NCBI GenBank assembly: GCA_035285865.1
Contig: JAYKHS010000014.1
Coordinates: 32,001-96,000 of the forward strand
Direction of reading: 5' to 3'
Length of the DNA: 64,000 bases
Source of the DNA: Candidatus Sericytochromatia bacterium
Lineage (GTDB): Bacteria > Cyanobacteriota > Sericytochromatia > S15B-MN24 > VGJW01
Below the pieces are notes generated by a model that saw only the letters and a list, made by a program, of their open reading frames with translations, had not been told where the DNA came from and searched no databases. The number at the start of each line of letters is the position of its first letter. Position 1 is the first letter of the stretch. Positions 19,387-28,906 of this stretch are shown here, piece by piece. Made by a program: the position numbers and the translations under genes.

Positions 19387-20418
19387 ATGATCGAGGGCAT
19401 GCTGCCCACGACCACGACGGTGCCCTCATCGACTCTTGCGCTGCCGGAGCAGCGTCGGTTGTACCGGACGATGGTCCTGATGCGCGAAATCCATCATCGC
19501 GCCATTGCCCTGCAACGGCAGGGGCGCATTGGTTCCTGGCTGGGTTCCGAGGGTCAGGAGGGAGCCATTGTCGGCAGTGCTTTCGCCCTGCAGCCGGACG
19601 ACTGGGCCTTTCCGAGCTACCGCGAGCACGCGCTTGCGCTGGTGCGGGGCATCCCTACGGTGCGTCTCTTCCATCATCTGTATGCCAATGCTGCGGACAG
19701 CATCATCGGCAGGAACCTGCCGCCCGAGTACAGCTTCCGCGAGATCAACTTCGTGTCGGTCAGCGCTCCCGTCGGCAATCAGGTCCCTCAAGCCGTGGGC
19801 GCGGCCATGGCCAAGCAGGCCAAGCACGAACCCGGAGCCGTCATCACCTATTTCGGCGATGGGACGTCTTCGGAGGGCGACATCCATACGGGCATGGCTG
19901 TGGCCGCGCGACGCCGAGCGCCGGTGGTCTTCGTCTGCCAGAACAACGGATGGGCCATATCCGTGCCCACGGCACGTCAGACTGCCGGTGCCATCGTGCT
20001 CCGCGCCCCTGCGCTCGGGATGCATGGCGTGCGCGTGGATGGCAATGATGCCCTTGCTGTCCATCAGGTCGTGGCCGAGGCACTCGACCGGGCCCGTTCC
20101 GGCGGCGGCCCGACGCTCGTCGAGGCCATGACCTACCGTCTGGGGGCCCACTCCACCTCGGATGACCCCACCAAGTACCGTCCCGAAGCCGAGCTCGAAG
20201 CGTGGCGCCTCAAGGACCCGATTCCCCGTCTCGCCGAGGTGCTCGGACTGTCGGAGGCGGAACGGGCGGAGATTCTGGCCGATGTGCGCCAGGAAATCGA
20301 TCGTGCTGTCGAAGCCGCCGAGCAGACGCCTCAGCCGGACCTCGCCACGATGTTCGACGATGTCTACGCCGAGCAGCCGTGGCACGTGGCCGCACAGGCA
20401 AAGTCCGCGCTTTCCTGA
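19387..20418 (+). CDS. 2-oxoacid (pyruvate/branched-chain) dehydrogenase E1 alpha subunit
   Basis: LQRQGRIG, GQEG, TPP motif FGDG..SEGD...NNGWAIS, HSTSDDP. Confidence 0.9.
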   Translation: MIEGMLPTTTTVPSSTLALPEQRRLYRTMVLMREIHHRAIALQRQGRIGSWLGSEGQEGAIVGSAFALQPDDWAFPSYREHALALVRGIPTVRLFHHLYANAADSIIGRNLPPEYSFREINFVSVSAPVGNQVPQAVGAAMAKQAKHEPGAVITYFGDGTSSEGDIHTGMAVAARRRAPVVFVCQNNGWAISVPTARQTAGAIVLRAPALGMHGVRVDGNDALAVHQVVAEALDRARSGGGPTLVEAMTYRLGAHSTSDDPTKYRPEAELEAWRLKDPIPRLAEVLGLSEAERAEILADVRQEIDRAVEAAEQTPQPDLATMFDDVYAEQPWHVAAQAKSALS

Positions 20419-20515
20419 TCCTCGGTGGCGCTTTTTAACCTGTTCTTGGGCAACTGACGCGTCCGGTTGGCGATAGTACCCGTGGTCTCCGGGGGGAGGC
20501 CGGGGGGATGAACGC

Positions 20516-21202
20516 ATGGGCATCTGGCAGGCAATCGGCAAGGCCGCACAAATTGCGCCCAAGGTGGCGCCGGCCGCTGCCGCAGGGGTATCTCGCGTGG
20601 CGACCGTCGTGCCGCGTATCGGTCGAGATGCGCTCGCCGTCAGCAGACAGCTTGCCCGCAATGGGGTCGCCTCGCACCTGCGCGTTGCCGGCAGGCTCGA
20701 GGATGCCGTTGCCGCCGCTCAAACCGCGCGCAAGGCAGAACTGGCCAAAGCCGCATCAAAGGGACTCGACTTCGCGACCCGTGCGCTGGACAAGGGCATG
20801 CGCGTTGGCGTGCGTGCGCATGACAAGGGCATGCAACTGGTACTGAGTGCTGCCCGCAACCAGATCGACAACCGCATCTACCTCGGGGCCAAGCGCCAGG
20901 ATGTGGCCCTCGTGCTGCTCGAACCGGCCGCGCGGAAGCAGGTGCTCAAGATCTACGGATCGGGGCTGCAGCGCCACAACAAGGTCTTCAAGCTGATGGA
21001 GAAGGGGCTCTCGGGCAAGATCCGCGAGCTGTTGGACGACGGGGTTGTCCGGCATCGTGCCGCCATCCGTGCCGCCAAGCCCGAATGGCGCAAGGGGCTC
21101 AAGGAATGGGCGACGACCGGCGCAGAGCGCCACGCTGCCGTGGTCGGTCAGGACGGTGCCGTCTCGAGCGCCCTGCGCAGCCTGGTTGATCGCCGGCCCT
21201 AG
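20516..21202 (+). CDS. Hypothetical basic protein
   Basis: 228-aa ORF with GC3-biased codons and an upstream GG-rich RBS; no family recognised. Confidence 0.6.
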   Translation: MGIWQAIGKAAQIAPKVAPAAAAGVSRVATVVPRIGRDALAVSRQLARNGVASHLRVAGRLEDAVAAAQTARKAELAKAASKGLDFATRALDKGMRVGVRAHDKGMQLVLSAARNQIDNRIYLGAKRQDVALVLLEPAARKQVLKIYGSGLQRHNKVFKLMEKGLSGKIRELLDDGVVRHRAAIRAAKPEWRKGLKEWATTGAERHAAVVGQDGAVSSALRSLVDRRP

Positions 21203-22530
21203 CGGACCGGAAGGACGAGGGCCGACTGGGGCGCATCCTGCATCCACGCCTCGATGGTGTCGGGTTCGGTCGTGACCCCTGCCGTCAGGTTCTCGGGGGC
21301 GCCCGGCGTGACGAGGATGTCGTCCTCGATGCGGATGCCGATGTCGTGCCACCGCGGGTCCAGTCCGGGCGTTCCTGCCGCAAGGTAGAGGCCCGGTTCG
21401 ACCGTAAGGACCATGCCGGGTTGCAAGGTCCGTGACTTGCCGTTCTCGCGATAGGTGCCCATGTCGTGGACATCGAGGCCCAGCCAGTGGCTTGTCCGGT
21501 GCATGTAGTACGGACGGAACGCGCCCGAAGCCTTGAGTTCGGCAGGGTCGCCCGACAGGATGCCGAGGTCGACGAGCCCCGGGACCAGGACATCGAGTGC
21601 CGCGTCATGGACGTCATCGAAAGCAGTCCCGGGCACGCAACGGGCGATGGCCGCCTTCTGGGCCGCGAGCACGACGTCGTATGCCGCACGCTGGGCTGAC
21701 GAGAAACGGCCGTTCACCGGGAACGTGCGGGTGATGTCCGAGGCGTAGCCTTCGACCTCGCAGCCGGCGTCGATGAGGACCAGATCGCCGTCCTGCAGGA
21801 CAGCGTCGTTCTGGTTGTAATGCAGGATGCAGGCATTGGCTCCACTTCCGCAGATGGGGTGATAGGAGGGGCCCTGGCTGCCGCGCATCCGGAACACGTA
21901 CTCGAGGGTCGCCTGAAGCTGATACTCGCAGGCTCCCGGGGTGGCTGCACGCATCGCCGCCAGGTGTGCCTCGGCCGCGATGCCTGCTGCGCGACGCATC
22001 AGGTCCAATTCGGCCGGCTCCTTGAAGAGCCTCATCTCGTGCAGGATCGGCAAGGGATCGACCAGCTCCGACGGGGGCGTGATGCCCATGCGGGCTTTGC
22101 CGCGCAGGGTATCGACCCAGCCTCGGACGCGCTGATCCCACCCGGCATCGCGGCCCCACGGGAACCATACGCGCTGCTGGCCCCGGACGAGTTCGGGCAA
22201 CACCTTGTCCAGATCCTCGATGGAGTGGGCTTCATCGGCTCCGTAGCGTGCAAGTGCGCCCTCGACACCCGCACGGCGTCCGGTCCAGACCTCGCGTTCG
22301 GGATCGCGCGGGGGGACGAAGAGGATGAAGGCTCCTTCGGCCCGGCCAGGAACGAAGACGGCCACGGAATCGGGCTCCCCGAATCCCGTCAGGTACCAGA
22401 AGTCGCTGTCGAAGCGGTAAGGATACTCGACGTCATGGGAGCGCACGGCGTGGGGGCGCGTCGGCAGGATGGCGACACCGTGGCCGAGCGCATCGAGAAA
22501 ACGCTGTCGACGAGCGGCGAAGACGGACAT
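21199..22530 (-). CDS. pepP: Xaa-Pro aminopeptidase P
   Basis: YRFDSDFWYLTGF, DAGCE..YASDITRTFP, HWLGLDVHD, TVEPG, GIRIEDD. Confidence 0.95.
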   Translation of the reverse strand: MSVFAARRQRFLDALGHGVAILPTRPHAVRSHDVEYPYRFDSDFWYLTGFGEPDSVAVFVPGRAEGAFILFVPPRDPEREVWTGRRAGVEGALARYGADEAHSIEDLDKVLPELVRGQQRVWFPWGRDAGWDQRVRGWVDTLRGKARMGITPPSELVDPLPILHEMRLFKEPAELDLMRRAAGIAAEAHLAAMRAATPGACEYQLQATLEYVFRMRGSQGPSYHPICGSGANACILHYNQNDAVLQDGDLVLIDAGCEVEGYASDITRTFPVNGRFSSAQRAAYDVVLAAQKAAIARCVPGTAFDDVHDAALDVLVPGLVDLGILSGDPAELKASGAFRPYYMHRTSHWLGLDVHDMGTYRENGKSRTLQPGMVLTVEPGLYLAAGTPGLDPRWHDIGIRIEDDILVTPGAPENLTAGVTTEPDTIEAWMQDAPQSALVLPVR

Positions 22531-22606
22531 GCTGAAACCTCCCGATACCTTGATTCTACCGCGCCGGAGGGACGTTACCCGGCGGTACGGGCGCCCGGTC
22601 GCGGCC

Positions 22607-23521
22607 TCAGGTCCGGGTTGCGATGGCCGTGCCCATGCGGACCTGGACCTCGACGCCCCGAACGCTGGCGGCGACCAGATCCTCGTCGAATCGCAGCCGC
22701 CCCGGTTCGGCCAGCAACAAGGTCGTCGACCCCCCGAAGGCAAAATGTCCCTTCTCTTGCCCGCGCGCCACCGGACCTGGCTCATGGGTCTGGACAATCG
22801 AACCCACGCAGAGTGCGCCAACCTCGACAAGGGCCAGTCTGCCGAATCCCGGCGTGTCCATCAGGGTCAAGGTCCGCAGGTTGGCTTCGAGCACGCCGGG
22901 CACGCGCGCGAGCGCGAGGGGGTGGACCGAGTGCAGTGGCCCTGCGAGGGTCCGGGTGACACCGGCCACCCCGGACGCCGGGAAGTGGAAACGATGGTAG
23001 TCATAGGGGGCAAGCCGCAGGACCAGACCGCTGCCACCCCGGTAGGTCTCCGCCAGGTCGTGGTCTCCCAGCAGGGTCTCCAGGCGCGCGGCAGCACCCT
23101 TGATCGGCATCTCCAGATGCGTCCCGACGCTCGGGAATACCAGGATCTTGCCGTCTCCCGGAGAGAGGAGGCGCTCTGGATCGGGGTCGAGGGGCCGAGC
23201 CTCGGGCTTCAAGTGCCGGGCGAAAAACGCATTGAAGTGGGGGAAGGAATCGGGCGGATCGCGGAACTCGGCCGTGTCTAGTCCGAAGTGCCGGATGAAC
23301 GGCAGGATCCGCTTCCGGCTGGCGGGACGCTCCTGCATCAGGCCATAGGCCCTACTGACGGCCGGGACGTGGGCCAACAACCAACGCAAGCCCAGCGAGA
23401 AGGGGGGACCGTACAGCGCGCGCACGGCCCAGCCGCCGTGCACGACCTCCCGAAACCAGGTGCCTGCGTGCCGATCGAGGATCATCCCCGGCTCAGGCGG
23501 GGTACCCCAGTCGTCAGTCAC
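22607..23521 (-). CDS. psd: Phosphatidylserine decarboxylase proenzyme
   Basis: FNAFFAR, SPGDG, RLAPYDYHRFHFP, EVGALCVGSI, autocleavage motif FGGST. Confidence 0.92.
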   Translation of the reverse strand: MTDDWGTPPEPGMILDRHAGTWFREVVHGGWAVRALYGPPFSLGLRWLLAHVPAVSRAYGLMQERPASRKRILPFIRHFGLDTAEFRDPPDSFPHFNAFFARHLKPEARPLDPDPERLLSPGDGKILVFPSVGTHLEMPIKGAAARLETLLGDHDLAETYRGGSGLVLRLAPYDYHRFHFPASGVAGVTRTLAGPLHSVHPLALARVPGVLEANLRTLTLMDTPGFGRLALVEVGALCVGSIVQTHEPGPVARGQEKGHFAFGGSTTLLLAEPGRLRFDEDLVAASVRGVEVQVRMGTAIATRT

Positions 23522-24219
23522 GGCGTGTCGACGAGCCGTGCGGCCTCTGCCGTCCCGGGTGTCATCTGGCGATAGGCGGCCTGGACATGCAGGAAGGTGA
23601 GCCCGATGGCCATCAGACCGGCAAGGACGACGCCTGTCCTGCGGGGCTTGGGGATGCGCAGACCGGAGATCATGGCGGCCGCTAGCAACAACATCACGCC
23701 GCAGAGGAACGGGACGCGCCACGCCTCGGGCAGCACTGGCAGGGCGAGTCCGGCAAGCGGCAGGATGCCGGCGACCGAGGTCACGGGCAAGCCGGTGAAC
23801 ATCGGCCGGCCACCGGACAGTTCGAGGCCCTGACGGTTGAAGTAGGCGAGTCGGATGGCCGGGGCACCCAGGTAGAGGAAGACCGCAAGCACGGCGAGCG
23901 GGAACTGGCCGAGGCCCAGCTGGAGGGCGATGATGGCCGGTGCGAAACCGAAAGAACACATGTCCGCGAGGCTGTCGAGCTCCTTGCCCATGCCCGAGGC
24001 CATCTCGGAACGCGGCAGGTTGCGGGCGACGGGACCGTCCAGCATGTCCGCGATGCCCGCCCAGATGAGGGCGACGAGCGCGAGGTTCGGCTGGCCCTGG
24101 ATGGCCAGCCACGAGGCCAGCAGGCCCATGGCGAGGCCGGCCAGCGTGATGGAGTTGGCAAGGTCGATGTGGGGCAACATCGGCCCGACGCGAAGCGGAG
24201 ACGGTTTCATCCATCCCAT
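23518..24219 (-). CDS. pssA: CDP-diacylglycerol--serine O-phosphatidyltransferase
   Basis: CDP-alcohol motif DMLDGPVAR...GKELDSLAD; RLAYFN, FTGLP; adjacent to psd. Confidence 0.88.
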   Translation of the reverse strand: MGWMKPSPLRVGPMLPHIDLANSITLAGLAMGLLASWLAIQGQPNLALVALIWAGIADMLDGPVARNLPRSEMASGMGKELDSLADMCSFGFAPAIIALQLGLGQFPLAVLAVFLYLGAPAIRLAYFNRQGLELSGGRPMFTGLPVTSVAGILPLAGLALPVLPEAWRVPFLCGVMLLLAAAMISGLRIPKPRRTGVVLAGLMAIGLTFLHVQAAYRQMTPGTAEAARLVDTP

Positions 24220-24349
24220 TGTACCCCCGACGCGGCCATCGTCGGCCAACCGGAGCGACATTGGGTCGTCATGTTCGCCTTGACGCTGCCGACGGCCGGG
24301 CGTATCACGGAAGGCGGCCGTGATGGGGCGGCCACGACGGAGGGTGACG

Positions 24350-24688
24350 ATGTTCACGTTCATGGCGACCTATGCGACACCGGAGAATCCCGAAGAGTTC
24401 GAGCGCCGCTATCGCGAGGAGCATCTGCCCCTGCTGGCCCGGGTCCCCGGCCTGCAGTCCTGCACCGTCCTGAAGCCTTCGCGCCAGGTGGTGGGCACCG
24501 GGGCCGACACGTGGATGGTCGCCCTTGTCCACTTCGAGGACGCCGCCGCCTTCAAGGCGGCCGCGCGGACCCCGGAGTGGGCGGCCGCGGGGGCCAACAT
24601 CCAGGAAATCGCCGGGACCGGCTGGATGGCGCATCTGGCCGATGCCGAGGAGTGGACGCCCGCATCCGTCGTCGGAGCCGGCGCATGA
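24350..24688 (+). CDS. EthD family (dimeric alpha/beta barrel) protein
   Basis: FERRYREEHLPLLARVPGL...FED..AF.AA..TPE. Confidence 0.8.
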   Translation: MFTFMATYATPENPEEFERRYREEHLPLLARVPGLQSCTVLKPSRQVVGTGADTWMVALVHFEDAAAFKAAARTPEWAAAGANIQEIAGTGWMAHLADAEEWTPASVVGAGA

Positions 24689-25668
24689 GCGCCGTCGCAC
24701 CCGATCCGCGGCTGGCCGGGCGTCCTGCCGAGAGCTTCGCATTCCGCAACATCCGCTACGTGAAGGCAGCGCGTCGGGCGACCGTCACCATCAATCGTCC
24801 CACCGTGCTCAACTGCCTCGATCTGCCGACGCTCATCGAGCTGCGCCAGGCCTTCGAGGATGCCTCGATGGATGATGAGGTGGCGGTCCTCGTCCTGACG
24901 GGCGAGGGGGAGACGGCGTTCTGCACCGGTGCCGACGTCAAGGAGCAGACCGCATTCCTCGCGCGCCCGCAGGACTACTGGAAGTGGATGGGGGCCTTCA
25001 CGGCCGCCCTCGAGCAGTTGCGCCGGCTCGGGAAGCCATCGGTGGCGCGTTTGAACGGCTTGGTCGTGGGCGGGGGCAACGAGTTCAACATGGCTTGTGA
25101 CCTCGCCGTCATGGTCGACGATGCCTACATCCGGCACGTCGGTCCGGCACGCGGTTCGGTTCCTGCCGCCGGCGCGACCCAGTGGCTCCCGATCATCATG
25201 GGAGATCGCCGGGCCCGGGAGATGCTGATGCTCTGCGACGAGGTGCCTGCACTGCAGGCGCTGGACTGGGGGCTCATCAACCGGGCCGTGCCCCGCGCCG
25301 AACTGGATGGCGCCGTGGATGAGCTTGTAGGTAAACTTATCAACAAACTTCCAGAGTGCACTCGTTACACAAAGCAGCAAGTCGACTTCTGGAAGGACTT
25401 CAGCTACTACCAGACCATCGGCCATGCCCGCGACTGGCTCACGCTGCACGCCGGTGTCCACGAGACGGCCGAGGGCCTGGGCGCCTTCGTCGAGAAGCGT
25501 CATGTCGACTATGCGATGCTGCGTGATCGGGTGGCGACCGGCCACGGTGCGGAGTTGCCCGACGGCCCGGCCTTTGCCGATTGCCCGGCATGCGGGGCGA
25601 CGGACTTGCCCGTCCGCCATCGCTTCTGTGGTCATTGCGGGGCTCCGATGGCGGGAGGGGTAGCCTGA
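24685..25668 (+). CDS. Crotonase-superfamily enzyme (MenB/BadI/Oah-like) with C-terminal zinc ribbon
   Basis: INRP..LN, AFCTGAD, VGGGNE, HVGPARGSVPAAGATQWLP; tail CPAC..x..CGHCG. Confidence 0.8.
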   Translation: MSAVAPDPRLAGRPAESFAFRNIRYVKAARRATVTINRPTVLNCLDLPTLIELRQAFEDASMDDEVAVLVLTGEGETAFCTGADVKEQTAFLARPQDYWKWMGAFTAALEQLRRLGKPSVARLNGLVVGGGNEFNMACDLAVMVDDAYIRHVGPARGSVPAAGATQWLPIIMGDRRAREMLMLCDEVPALQALDWGLINRAVPRAELDGAVDELVGKLINKLPECTRYTKQQVDFWKDFSYYQTIGHARDWLTLHAGVHETAEGLGAFVEKRHVDYAMLRDRVATGHGAELPDGPAFADCPACGATDLPVRHRFCGHCGAPMAGGVA

Positions 25669-26360
25669 TGCGGGACGTCGACGCGCTGGTGCATCGGGCG
25701 CAGGGCATGCTCGAGCATGACCCGCGGGTCCGCCGCTGGCAGGTGCGATCCGATGGCGCCATTGCCATCGAGATCGAGGTCCAGGGGGCCGTTCCTCCCC
25801 AGGATCGCTACCAGATCATCGAATCCCTCGGTCGTCCGCTCTATCGGGTCGATCGCCCCGAAGGCTCTCTGGATGCGCTGCTGGCCGACCTCGTCGTGGT
25901 GCGCGTCGACATCGACGGCGTGCCTGAGCCGGAGATGATGCTCGAGCCGTGGGAGCGCCTCGGTCAGATCAACCACCAGTTCTGGGTCGACCTGTGGGTG
26001 ACGTTCGGGTTCGTCCAGCGGGGGAAGCCCTGGAAGGCCATCAAGCACATGCAGCACCTGCGGGACCTGATCTTCGAGGTCGGCCGCATGGTGGCCGAGG
26101 ACCCCAAGGCGCGGGACGAGGTCGTCATCCCCGAGGACCTGGTGCCCTCGATGGCGCGAACCTGCTCCGGGCCAGAGCCTGCAGCCATCGGCCAGGCCCT
26201 GATGTATGCGATCTTCGTCTACCGTCGGATGCGGGACGCCCTCGGCGGGCGGATGCAGATGACTTTCCCCCCGGAGCATGAGGAGCGCCTGATTGCCGAG
26301 TTGGTCGACACCTTCGGGCGTCCCGAGGAGCTGGCGCGCATGAGCGAGGAGGCCCGATGA
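25668..26360 (+). CDS. Hypothetical protein, weak resemblance to the nucleotidyltransferase substrate-binding helical domain
   Basis: Coupled to both neighbours; FW......RG.PW.A......LR pattern. Confidence 0.6.
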   Translation: MRDVDALVHRAQGMLEHDPRVRRWQVRSDGAIAIEIEVQGAVPPQDRYQIIESLGRPLYRVDRPEGSLDALLADLVVVRVDIDGVPEPEMMLEPWERLGQINHQFWVDLWVTFGFVQRGKPWKAIKHMQHLRDLIFEVGRMVAEDPKARDEVVIPEDLVPSMARTCSGPEPAAIGQALMYAIFVYRRMRDALGGRMQMTFPPEHEERLIAELVDTFGRPEELARMSEEAR

Positions 26361-27154
26361 CCACCGTGGCACCGGACATCCTGTCGACGGAGGAACTCGT
26401 CGTCACCCGTGGCGATGCCGTGGCGTGGCTTCGGCTGAACCGGCCCAAGGCCCTGAACGCGTTGTCGCCCTCGTTGATGACCGCGTTGACGGACGCCGCG
26501 CTTGCCCTGGATGCCGATCCGGAAGTTCGGGTGATGGTCGTGATCGGCTCGGAACGGGCCTTCGCCGCCGGCGCCGACATCAAGGAGATGGCCGAGGCCA
26601 CTCCCGTGGACATGCTGACGCGAGACACCATCGCGCTCTGGGATCGCTTGCGCCGGGTGCGCAAGCCGCTGGTCGCCGCGGTCTCCGGCTTCTGCCTCGG
26701 TGGCGGTTGCGAATTGGCGATGGCGTGCGACCTGCTCGTGGCGGCCGACAACGCTGTTTTCGGTCAGCCCGAGATCAACCTGGGCGTGATTCCGGGTGCC
26801 GGCGGGACCCAGCGCCTGACGCGCGCCGTGGGCAAGGCGCTGGCGATGGACATGATCCTGACGGGCAGGCAGATCAACGCGCGGGAGGCACTTGCGCACG
26901 GTCTGGTGAGTCGCGTTTGGCCCATCGAGGTATTCGAGGACGAGGTCGCCGAGTTGGCCCGAGCCATCGCAGCCAAGGCACCGATGGCACTGCGCATGGC
27001 CACGGAGTCCGTGGACAAGGCCTTCGAGACCTCGCTTGCCGAGGGCCTGGATGCCGAACGCCAGCGGTTCTATGGCCTCTTTGCCACTGAGGACCAGAAA
27101 GAGGGCATGAAGGCCTTCGTCGAGAAGCGCCCCGCCCGATTTGTCGGTCGTTAG
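26357..27154 (+). CDS. paaF: Enoyl-CoA hydratase (PaaF-like)
   Basis: LNRPKALNAL, AFAAGADIKEM, GGGCELAMACD, FGQPEINLG, GGTQRL. Confidence 0.85.
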   Translation: MTTVAPDILSTEELVVTRGDAVAWLRLNRPKALNALSPSLMTALTDAALALDADPEVRVMVVIGSERAFAAGADIKEMAEATPVDMLTRDTIALWDRLRRVRKPLVAAVSGFCLGGGCELAMACDLLVAADNAVFGQPEINLGVIPGAGGTQRLTRAVGKALAMDMILTGRQINAREALAHGLVSRVWPIEVFEDEVAELARAIAAKAPMALRMATESVDKAFETSLAEGLDAERQRFYGLFATEDQKEGMKAFVEKRPARFVGR

Positions 27155-27166
27155 GAGATCCCTGTC

Positions 27167-27985
27167 GTGTCGGAAGCCGCCATCCTGCCCGCGCCCACTG
27201 CCCCTTACACGACCCTGGCCGTGTCGGTGGATGAGGCTGTTGCCTGCATCACCCTGTGTCGTCCCGACAAGATGAACGCGTTCGACGACGCCATGAAGGC
27301 CGATCTTCTGGCCGCGCTCAAGGCAGTCGAACGGGATCCTGCCGTGCGTGCCGTCGTCCTGACGGGTGCCGGACGCGCGTTCTGCTCCGGCCAGGATCTG
27401 CAGATGGATCCGGACAAGGCGAACGACCTGCCCGTGGGCCGGATGCTGCGCGAGAAGTACCACCCTATCTTCGAGAAGCTGCGCAGCATGCCCAAGCCCG
27501 TCATTGCCGCCGTGCAGGGCGTTGCGGCCGGCATGGGCGTCAGCCTTGCCCTGGCCTGCGACATGCGGGTCATGGCCAGCGAGACCTACATGACCGTCGC
27601 CTTCATCCGCATAGGGTTGATCCCGGATTGCGGGGCCACGTGGACGCTCACGCGCCTGATCGGGCCGGGGCGGGCCTTCGAGCTTGCCGCGACGGGAGAT
27701 CGCCTGTCTGCCGAGAAGGCTCTCGCCTGGGGAGCGGTCAACGAGGTGGTGCCTTCGGGCCAGGTCCTCGAGGCCGCGATGCAGCGTGCGCGAGTTCTGG
27801 CCGCAGGGCCCACGCGCGCTCTGGGGTTGCTCAAGAAGGCCTTGGACAACGCCATCGAGGCGGACTTTCCCACCCAGTTGCTGTTCGAGAGCCACATGCA
27901 GCAGACGGCTGCCCGTACGGCGGACTTCGCCGAGGGCGTGCGGGCCTTCGGCGAGAAGCGGCCTCCGCAGTTCACCGGGGCCTGA
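27167..27985 (+). CDS. paaG: Enoyl-CoA isomerase (PaaG-like, 1,2-epoxyphenylacetyl-CoA isomerase)
   Basis: AFCSGQDL, AAGMGVSLALACD, IGLIPDCG (Asp in place of the hydratase Glu). Confidence 0.8.
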   Translation: MSEAAILPAPTAPYTTLAVSVDEAVACITLCRPDKMNAFDDAMKADLLAALKAVERDPAVRAVVLTGAGRAFCSGQDLQMDPDKANDLPVGRMLREKYHPIFEKLRSMPKPVIAAVQGVAAGMGVSLALACDMRVMASETYMTVAFIRIGLIPDCGATWTLTRLIGPGRAFELAATGDRLSAEKALAWGAVNEVVPSGQVLEAAMQRARVLAAGPTRALGLLKKALDNAIEADFPTQLLFESHMQQTAARTADFAEGVRAFGEKRPPQFTGA

Positions 27986-28099
27986 GGGATCGCTGCCGCT
28001 CGGCCTGCTCCGAGACCGCGGAATTGCACGGATGTCGGCGCGGAGCCGCCCGGCGACAGTGGTAGAATGAGGACAGGCCTGTCGCACGAGGAGGTACGC

Positions 28100-28906
28100 A
28101 TGGTCACCGAGCAAGAGATGCTGGATCGCCTGGCGCGGGGTGAGAAGATCACGTCCCGCGAAGAGATGACGGACGATTACTTCGAGCAGCTGCGCAACTT
28201 GATGTTGCAGCAGGCGGATTCGGAGCTGGCCGGTGGCCTCGGCTACGTTCCCTGGATCGAGAAGGCGCCGACGATCGACGAGAAACTCGCCGTTGCCTCC
28301 ATCGTCAAGGACGAGATTCGGCACGCCAAGGCCATGTACAAGCTGCTCGAGAAGATGGGCATCGATACCGAGGCCCACATCGCCAAGCACGACTACAACT
28401 TCCGGCTCGAGGACGGACAGGTCGACATCGGTGCCGACCGGATGAAGGACGATACCCGCGTCAACATCTTCTACTACCCGATCGAGTCGTGGTCGGACTT
28501 CATCATGTTCAACTTCTGCATGGACCGCGGCGCCGGGCACCAGCTCGAGGATGTCCTCGAGTGCAGCTACCAGCCTTGGGCCAAGGAGATCGAGCTCATC
28601 TTCAAGGAAGAGCTCACGCACGTCGGCCACGGCAATTTCTGGGTCAAGAAGCTGGCTGCAGATCCGGCAACGCGCGACGAGGCGCAGGCTGCCCTCGACA
28701 AGTGGTACGTCCGCACGATGAACATCTTCGGCCGACCCAATACCCGCCGCAATGCCCTGTACCGCAAGTACGGGCTGAAGAAGCGGGACAACGACGAGGT
28801 CCGCAAGGCCTTCAAGGCCGAGATCGATCCCCTCATCGAGGCAGCGGGCCTCAAGGTTCCCGCCTGGTCGGCTCCTTGGGAAGCCGAGGTCGCGGCCGTC
28901 CGTTGA
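28100..28906 (+). CDS. paaA: Phenylacetyl-CoA epoxidase diiron subunit (PaaA-like)
   Basis: QADSELAG, APT, KDEIRH and KEELTH diiron ExxH motifs, CSYQPW, QAALDKW; strong RBS gaggagg. Confidence 0.8.
   Translation: MVTEQEMLDRLARGEKITSREEMTDDYFEQLRNLMLQQADSELAGGLGYVPWIEKAPTIDEKLAVASIVKDEIRHAKAMYKLLEKMGIDTEAHIAKHDYNFRLEDGQVDIGADRMKDDTRVNIFYYPIESWSDFIMFNFCMDRGAGHQLEDVLECSYQPWAKEIELIFKEELTHVGHGNFWVKKLAADPATRDEAQAALDKWYVRTMNIFGRPNTRRNALYRKYGLKKRDNDEVRKAFKAEIDPLIEAAGLKVPAWSAPWEAEVAAVR

Noticed and set aside
25668..26360. Antibiotic-resistance nucleotidyltransferase
   Set aside because: Only the helical C-terminal pattern resembles it; the catalytic GS..DxD motif is not evident
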